This document shows positions 1-7,400 of a stretch of 64,000 nt of DNA, piece after piece. The stretch's first letter is position 1. Each line of letters starts with the position of its first letter. This stretch comes from an uncultured Eubacteriales bacterium (GTDB taxonomy: Bacteria; Bacillota; Clostridia; Oscillospirales; CAG-382), in the NCBI GenBank assembly GCA_934479825.1, contig CAKSOW010000001.1, forward strand, positions 132,008-196,007, written 5' to 3'. Position numbers and translations under genes: made by a program. The notes beneath the pieces were generated by a model. The model did not search any database and was not told where the DNA came from. It saw only the letters and a program-made list of their open reading frames with translations.

Positions 1-907
1 AGCCCTGTAAAGCCTGTAAATCCGAACCCTCGGCATCAATATTGATATAATCCGCCCCCATGGGAAGGAGCGCGTCTGCGCAGTCTGCCTGCACGGTTAC
101 AGCCTTGGCTTTCTTATGCACGGTAGACCCGGCACTGTTGCGGCCGGAACGGGCGTAAAACGTCAGATCTGTTTTTTCGTTCCATGCGGCTATGTTATAA
201 AGGTGCGGTTCGGAAAGACCGAGAGCAACGACATTCTCGCAGAGTTTCCGGTAATTGCGCGCGTCCGGTTCAAAGGCGTACACGTTCGTTTGGCGTCCGG
301 CATAGGAAATATACTCTTCAATCGTATCGCCGTTGTAAGCCCCGATATCGACATAGACCGATTGGGGTTGGGGGTCAATAATGGTGTAAAAAGCTTCTTC
401 GGGGCTTGTCTCACAATCACGTAAATAAGAAAGCGACCCGGAAAGCTTGTAAGCCAACACATTATAATAGGCACGGCGCGAAGTTTCATCGGCAAGAAGC
501 TGATAGACAGCCTCAAACTTATCGAAGTTTTCCTGAAAATAGGAACTGTCGAAAAGTCCCGTGCCGAAAACCGGAACATCCGGTGCATAAACTTCGTCTG
601 TATTAGATAGATTATATATCTTTTGCATGACGCTGTCAAGGCGTGAAGCAAAAGATACCAAAATAATCGGTTTGGGGAAGTCACGTTTGACAGCAGCATA
701 GGTCTTTACGGTAAAGCCTCGAAAGACTTGTCCGCGCACAAAATCATCGCTTGCAAAAACACCGCGTATCGGAATATTTTTCTCTTCGCAGACATTCAGT
801 ATCTTGTCCGCACCGTCACCCATACCATATAAAACAATTGGTTTTGCCGTTTCTTTCAAATACGACCAAAGGTCTTTTTTTTCGGCAAGAAGTGACAGAT
901 TCGGCAT
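1..907 (-). CDS. FkbM-family SAM-dependent methyltransferase (3' end runs off the window; absent from the supplied ORF track)
   Basis: Hand translation of the minus strand from ATG at 907..905 (GGAG 6 nt upstream) is open to the window edge: MPNLSLLAEKKDLWSYLKETAKPIVLYGMGDGADK...VYVDIGAYNGDTIEEY...NVYAFEPDARNYRKL...INIDAEGSDLQAL. The DIGAxxGD and YAFEP motifs are typical of FkbM methyltransferases. The listed ORF 190..699(-) is a wrong frame of this gene. Confidence 0.8.
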   Translation of the reverse strand, partial: MPNLSLLAEKKDLWSYLKETAKPIVLYGMGDGADKILNVCEEKNIPIRGVFASDDFVRGQVFRGFTVKTYAAVKRDFPKPIILVSFASRLDSVMQKIYNLSNTDEVYAPDVPVFGTGLFDSSYFQENFDKFEAVYQLLADETSRRAYYNVLAYKLSGSLSYLRDCETSPEEAFYTIIDPQPQSVYVDIGAYNGDTIEEYISYAGRQTNVYAFEPDARNYRKLCENVVALGLSEPHLYNIAAWNEKTDLTFYARSGRNSAGSTVHKKAKAVTVQADCADALLPMGADYINIDAEGSDLQALQG

Positions 908-1162
908 GAATTCTCCAACTTTCCCGACGGCAACCGCCGTTTTCGTAACAAAATCCGGTATGCATGACAAATATTTCCGGAAAAATATTTCATGTGATAC
1001 GCTTTACTTATTATATCATAAATGTTATAATATATCAATACGATTTGAGAAGAAAAACGAAAAGATAACGAAAGCACATCACAAAAAAACTGCGATAACC
1101 TGACTTTTATCTTTTTTATAAAACATAAACGCTCTCGAACCCGAGGAAAGGAAAGGGTACTT

Positions 1163-4090
1163 GTGAAAAAAATAATTGCTTTGCTTACAGCGACTTTGTT
1201 TGTTTTAAATCCGGTTGCAGTTCTTGCCGAAGAAACGGAAAAAAACGAAACAGAAAGTCTTGCGGAGACACCTGTTTCCGCACCGGTTTCTCCGGTTGAG
1301 GATGTTTATGCCGCTACATATACACTTTCCGAGGGGTTGACCTATCGGCGGCAGATCTCCTATTCACCAACCTATGGGCAAGAGCGCGAATTCGTTCTTT
1401 CCTATACGCCGAATGAAAGCACGCGTCTTGCTTTTGCAAACGGTGAGTATTTGTATCAGACAGGAACCATCCGAAATCTTGCCGCCGCCGAATATCCTGA
1501 TGAAAACTATATCGCCGGCATCAACGCCGATTTTTTCAATATGTCTACCGGTGTTCCGGAATCGGCGTACATAAAAAATAAGGAACTGTATACCACAGAC
1601 CGTGACAGTTTCTGCCTTGCCGAGCGGGAAAACGGCAGCTTTTTCATCGATAAACCGCAGATAAAACTGACCCTCACGGCATATGATTCTGGAACAGAAT
1701 ACAATGTGCTCCACTTAAACAAAGAGTTCAGCCAATACGGCCTTTATTTGTATAATGCACGCTATTCGCCCACAACACATATCACGGCCGCCAATACGTC
1801 GGTAGTTCTTTATCCTTATTCCGATAAGAAAACGGAACAAGAGTTGATCAAAACCGTACTCTATCCGGAAAAACAAACCGAACCGGAGGAAAATGCCCCG
1901 GTAATAGCCGAACAGAACGAGCAAACGGCCGATTCAGACGAGGAAACCACAACAGATACAAACGCTGAAACGGAATTGGAAACGGAACCCGACGCGGAAA
2001 CAGAAATGCAGTCTGAAACCGATTCGGAAACTGAGTCAGAGCCGGCTACCGATACGGTTTTAGCGGAAATGCTTGAACGCCGCGACAACCTTGAACCGTA
2101 CAGCGAAGAAGCGCTGAAATTGCAGGAAGAAATCGAAAAGTATCTGTCCGAACAAACCGGATACCGCAAGATCGGTTCTTCGTATTTCCGGCTTTCTCCG
2201 GCTGCACCGCAAATCGGAAAAAGCGAAAATCTTGTAGTCGATACGGTAAATCCCACAGCCGGCAATGAAAGCATTCCGAAAGATGCTTACCTGCTTGCCG
2301 CCGACAACACTTCCTATGGCTACATACTTATGTCGTTTGTTCCCGGACAGACATTTTCCTTATCGGCAAGCGGAAATGAGGCATTTTATGACGTGAAAAA
2401 TGCCGTCGGTACCGGAACAGTCATCGTTAAGGAATCGCAACCGGTGGACGACCGCACGTTCAGTCACTATCTTTCCCCACAGCCGCGCAGTGCAGTCGGA
2501 ATACGGGCAGACGGCAGTTTGGTGCTGTTTGCGGTTGACGGCAGACAGTCCGGATACAGTGCCGGATTCAAGCTGTATGACCTTGCCAAGCGTATGGTGT
2601 CACTCGGCTGCGTGTATGCCGCCAATCTCGACGGCGGTGGCTCGACGGCTGTCAATGCATCGCTTCGCGGCAATGATTCCGCAACGACCGTCAATTCTCC
2701 CTCCGGAAAAGCTGAACGCCGCGTTTCCAACGGTATTGTGTTTACGAACACGCTTGAAAAGACCGGCATACCGTCAGAAGCCTATTTTTACGGAGATTAC
2801 TATCTGACACTTTCCGATACGCCTATCTCACTCGGAAATGTTGTTTTGTCTGACAAAAACGGGTATGCGGTTTCAATCTCCGACTCAGAGGAGCAACCGA
2901 CGCCGTCTTTCTACACCAAAGATAACACGACAATTGTATCCGACGGCAATCTCGATCCTGCCGGCACGACCGGCGCTATTGAAGTTTTTGCGTCTCTTGA
3001 CGGTCGTCAGAGTGAAAATGTAGCTGCAACGGTCGTTTCTCTTGCAGCCCCCGACGAGATCGTTCTTTCAGCGGACAAAACTGAAATTGCACCGTTTGAA
3101 ACGGCAAGCCTTTCGGTTGCGGCGTTCTATCGTAAACTCCACGTCGCATCCGGACTTCACAGCTACACATGGAGCGTATCCGAAACGCAAATCAAGGCTG
3201 ATTCCGAAGTGACATCTCCCGATATACCGGAAAACGCCGAGAAAATAACACCGGCCGGAACAGTTGCAGACGGTATTTTTACGCCGTCAACAGAGGGGAC
3301 GACGGTGACGGTTACAGCTTCACGCGGTGATGTTTCCGCAAATATCCAGATTAAGATTGATGCGTATCCGTTTGTCGATATGAAGGACCATTGGGCTGTC
3401 AAGGAAATCTATAAGTTGTATAAGACCGGCGTTGTAAAAGGGGAAATTGCCGAGGACGGCACAGCTTATTACCTGCCGGAGCGCCAATTTTCACGCTATG
3501 AATTCTGCGTTATGTTAGAGCGCTTGACCGGAATCGGCAGTGAACTTCCGGTTCCGGAGCTTCCGGCGGCAGCGGAAGAAACAGCAGCAGCCGAAACAGA
3601 ATCGGCCGAAACGGCGGCAGGTGCAGAAACAGACACGGAAGTGTCGGTTTCTGACCAGAGAGAGCCGCAGGCAGATTCGCAAACCTTGGAAGAACTGCTT
3701 GGTCTTGCTGACGCGTCGCTGATTCCGGATTGGGCGTTCTCGGCTGTGTACCGTTTGTCTGCGTCGGGACTTCTTGAAGGAATTTTGCATCATGATGAAA
3801 GCTGGAACGAGATTTTCGACGGCGATAAGCCGATTACGCGTGCCGAAGTCATCCATGTAATCGGAAAAATCTGTGAAGCCGCTCCGCTTGACTTTTCTTT
3901 GGAGGAATTCACTGATCTTAACGAATGGCAGAAACGTGACGATTACATTAAAAATGCTGTAAATGCCGGTATTTTTTCGGGTTATGAAGATATGTCTCTT
4001 CGCTTGTCGGGACTTTTGACACGAGCCGAGGGAGCGGCCGTGTTTATCCGCCTTTCCTCGCATTTAGATGAGTCGGATGATATGAACTGA
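1163..4090 (+). CDS. Secreted phosphodiester glycosidase (NAGPA-like) family protein with C-terminal SLH repeats
   Basis: GTG start after a GGAAAGG RBS. Signal peptide MKKIIALLTATLFVLNPVAVLA. GINADFF and AANLDGGGST motifs. Acidic T/E/D-rich linker. SLH-like repeats FVDMKDHWAVKEIYKLYKTGVVKG, IPDWAFSAVYRLSASGLLEG and KRDDYIKNAVNAGIFSGY. Confidence 0.85.
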   Translation: MKKIIALLTATLFVLNPVAVLAEETEKNETESLAETPVSAPVSPVEDVYAATYTLSEGLTYRRQISYSPTYGQEREFVLSYTPNESTRLAFANGEYLYQTGTIRNLAAAEYPDENYIAGINADFFNMSTGVPESAYIKNKELYTTDRDSFCLAERENGSFFIDKPQIKLTLTAYDSGTEYNVLHLNKEFSQYGLYLYNARYSPTTHITAANTSVVLYPYSDKKTEQELIKTVLYPEKQTEPEENAPVIAEQNEQTADSDEETTTDTNAETELETEPDAETEMQSETDSETESEPATDTVLAEMLERRDNLEPYSEEALKLQEEIEKYLSEQTGYRKIGSSYFRLSPAAPQIGKSENLVVDTVNPTAGNESIPKDAYLLAADNTSYGYILMSFVPGQTFSLSASGNEAFYDVKNAVGTGTVIVKESQPVDDRTFSHYLSPQPRSAVGIRADGSLVLFAVDGRQSGYSAGFKLYDLAKRMVSLGCVYAANLDGGGSTAVNASLRGNDSATTVNSPSGKAERRVSNGIVFTNTLEKTGIPSEAYFYGDYYLTLSDTPISLGNVVLSDKNGYAVSISDSEEQPTPSFYTKDNTTIVSDGNLDPAGTTGAIEVFASLDGRQSENVAATVVSLAAPDEIVLSADKTEIAPFETASLSVAAFYRKLHVASGLHSYTWSVSETQIKADSEVTSPDIPENAEKITPAGTVADGIFTPSTEGTTVTVTASRGDVSANIQIKIDAYPFVDMKDHWAVKEIYKLYKTGVVKGEIAEDGTAYYLPERQFSRYEFCVMLERLTGIGSELPVPELPAAAEETAAAETESAETAAGAETDTEVSVSDQREPQADSQTLEELLGLADASLIPDWAFSAVYRLSASGLLEGILHHDESWNEIFDGDKPITRAEVIHVIGKICEAAPLDFSLEEFTDLNEWQKRDDYIKNAVNAGIFSGYEDMSLRLSGLLTRAEGAAVFIRLSSHLDESDDMN

Positions 4091-4101
4091 CAAAAAGGAA
4101 A

Positions 4102-4420
4102 GGGAACGCGGCTTTTCGAAGGGGTACGCGGCTTTTCTTAGAAGAAAAGCCTGGCAAAAGAATTTAAATTTTAACGCGCGGCGGTTTGAATACTCAAAAC
4201 CGTCGCGCGTTCTCTTAGTTAAAGATAAAGAATTAGAGATTGAGGTGCGAATTTTTGGAAATTGCTAAAAAACATGCTTAACTTTTATAATATAATTTCA
4301 CTAAGAATAAAAGGCTCCCCGGCGATTTGAGAACTCAAATTGCCGGGGTAAAAATCAAATTCTTTTGTCCCACTTTTCTTTTAAGAAAAGTGGGCGAGGT
4401 TTAAGGGCGAGCAGCCCTTG
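4102..4420. repeat. Composite palindromic intergenic element, copy A (dimeric: inverted module, about 105-nt AT-rich core, direct module)
   Basis: Hairpins at 4130..4151 (GGCTTTTCTTAGAAGAAAAGCC), 4174..4210 (ACGCGCGGCGGTTTGAATACTCAAAACCGTCGCGCGT), 4317..4348 (CCCCGGCGATTTGAGAACTCAAATTGCCGGGG), 4369..4394 (CCCACTTTTCTTTTAAGAAAAGTGGG) and 4402..4419. Spacers CAAAAGAATTTAAATTTT and AAAAATCAAATTCTTTTG are reverse complements of each other. Lies between two convergent gene 3' ends. Confidence 0.85.
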
Positions 4421-4434
4421 CAAGGAAATCTCCG

Positions 4435-7400
4435 TTATTTCAGAGAAATGTCTACTGCTTCACAAAGCGGCACAGCGCTTGACATGCTGTCAAACAGGAA
4501 AACTTTTGCACGAGAGCCGGAAGTGGCTATCGGAATGAGAATTTCGCCGTTTGTTAAAGAATCCGCTGAGATCTCCATTAACTTCGTTGTCGTCAGTCTG
4601 CCGTCGGCATTATAGAGCGCGGCACATAACGAGACCACACCGACCGATTCGGACAGTTGCAGTTTTACAGATAGCCCTCCGGAGGCTTTTGCGACACTTA
4701 CGATCTGTGCTGTCGCTCCGACTGTGATCTTCACTGTGCGCTCAAACGTAACATCGTTGTATTTTGCGTTTACCGTTACTTCATATGTACCGGCGTCAAG
4801 CGATTTGTCAACAATAAGCGCTCTTGCATTTTCATCCCATGTGATTTCCGGTACATCAGACGTAAACGACCAAACGGCATCTTCGCTGATATCGGCAACT
4901 TGGGTGATTAGATTATCGTTCTCGTCCAAGTAAGAGTATGTGACAGAGAGTGCAAAAGCCGGACTTTGTGTTTTTTCGTGAATTTCCGGAAGAAGAAGCC
5001 GGGCCGGACCGGAAAGTTTCATGTGGGGATTTACAGAGATACCACCGGTTGCAGAGCCGGCAGAGTTGATGGCTTTGACGGCAAAGTAACGGTAATTCTC
5101 TCTTTCTGTTATTGGCACACGGAATACAAAGGTGTTTTCTGTACCCGGCAGAGAGACAAAATCGGAATTCTCACCATACTCTATTTCATAGGATTCGATT
5201 TCCGCTCCGCCGTCGCTTTCCACTGTCCAGGTCAAACGAATATAATCTTCCCCGACAAAAGCGTCAACCCGGGGCGTACTCGGCGAATCGGGAATACTTC
5301 CGTCCGGCGTTACCGTTAAATAGAGCGTGGAGCGCATTTGGCTGGCACCGATGTAATCCCCGAAAGTGGAAATGCCGACGGTATAGTTTTTTCCGTTTTC
5401 AAAACCGTTTAAACGGGTACCGCTTGAAAAAGTCCACCAATATTTGCCGTTGTCCACCTTATATTTCATGAAAACGTTCGGATCATCCGTCTCACCGTAG
5501 AATTGTATACCGCCGTTGCGCGGTTTGACGGCTGCATTTTTTACCGGGCGCGGCGCGGCGGAATTCGGGGTTCTTTCTCTCATGATTTCCGGTCCGCCGC
5601 CCTCGGCGTCATAAGCGCGAAGATAGATGCGGTAAGCGCGGTCGTTTTCAAGGCCGGTGAAAATGTGGTGCAGGGTATTGTCAAACAGAATCGGCGTTAT
5701 TTTCTGCCACTCGCCGTCGTCTAACTTTACTTCATAGCCGAGGATTTCATCAGCACTCGGCTGGAAATCAAGTTCCAGCTGTTCATAGCCGATGTAAATG
5801 GAATTGATAGTCAACTGTGACAAGGAAGACGGAGCAGTCTTTACGCATATCGCAGAATCGCCGGTGCCTGCCGAATTGACGGCACATACGCGGAAATCGT
5901 ATTCCATATTTGTTGTCAGATTTTCAAAGGTATATTCCGTGGCTGTTCCGACATCGGTATACGTTTGGCCGCCGTCTTTGGAGACTTTATATGCGAGCGG
6001 TGCGCCGCCGTCAAAGGACGGTTCTTTCCAGCTGAGAGAAGCCGTTTTGTAGTCCATGCGGACATTGAAAGAACGCGGACGGGAGGGAGTCGTGACCGTT
6101 TCGGTCGGTGTTGCATATAACGTGGTGGAATGGGAGCGGTTCATGGTAACGGTTTCTATTTCGATCTTGTAGGTAACATCGTTTTTAAGACCGCTCTTTG
6201 ACCAATCTAAATCATCGTCAAGGTAGATGCTTTCGCTGGTTAGGTCTTTTTCATTGTAGAACCATATTTTGTAGCACTTGCCGTAAGTTACGGGAACGTA
6301 TTTGTTTTCACCCCAATATCCGGGATCGTCCCATGTGACGGTAATGGTTTCGTTTGCAGCATAGACTTTCGGATTTTTAATTGGGTCGGGATCGTTTTCC
6401 GCCTCGGATACCTCAAAAGTAAACCAGCTGGGAACGCTTTCGCCGCATTCGGTAACAGCTTTTACTCCGAGCGTATACGTTTCTCCGACGGTAAGCGTCA
6501 TATCATCGCCCAACTGCAAATAGAAACTGCCGCCGGATTGAGCGGTCATGAAGTATGTTTCCCACTTCTGCTCGCCGTTTTCCATAAAGTCCTCATGGTT
6601 TTTTAAGGTGTACTGGTAGTATAGCATTTTTCCGCCGCCGTCATCCTCCGGCGCGTCAACCAGAATCCGGATCGGGTTAGGGGTGTAGGTTTGCGCGTTC
6701 TGAAAACCGGGAGCGCCGGGCAGTGTGGGATTGGTAACTGTATACACCAAGGTCACATAAGCCGCCGTAATCCCGTTTGTAACCGTTAGTGTTCCGGTAT
6801 GTGTGCCGACAGAAAGTCCCTTTTTAGGAGCAATGCCGACGGTGGCGGCGGAATTTGCCAAATCTTTTGCATAAAGCGTAGAAGAGGAAAGGGGACTTGT
6901 GATTTCAAAATCACTGTTTTCGTTAAGTTCCGCCGTGAAATCCGATTGCAATTCGGTATGTAAGCTCTTAATGGTAACAAATTGTGTTTCGGCGGCAGGA
7001 GTGCCTTTGGCATAGTTAAAGCGCATATTGCCGAAATCAAGCTCGGTTTTGTCGGCTTCTATCCAGACCGGCGTTACATATTCCGTGACCTTGACCGTGA
7101 ATGGATCGGAACGGACGCCGCCGACATTCAATACGACCGGATATTCGCCCGGCTTTACATTGCCGTTTATGACGATATCAAAACTGAACGGCGTGCTGGT
7201 ACCGATATTGCCGTGCGCGTCAAGTTCCATGCCGAGCGGCGCGCCCTCCAAAGCCGTGTATGCCTCGCGCGTAATACCGGCTGCTGTAACGGTGAAGCTT
7301 GCTTTGTTCACATGGTTTACAGTTTTCGGTCCGACCTGTTCAAGCGTCTTGGACGCGGGCGTGATTTTGACCGAAGTCGGAATAACGCCTTGCGGTTGTG

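Noticed and set aside
190-699. 169-aa minus-strand ORF from the track
   Set aside because: It is an alternative frame within the FkbM methyltransferase gene (1..907, minus strand), and its sequence has no protein-like features.
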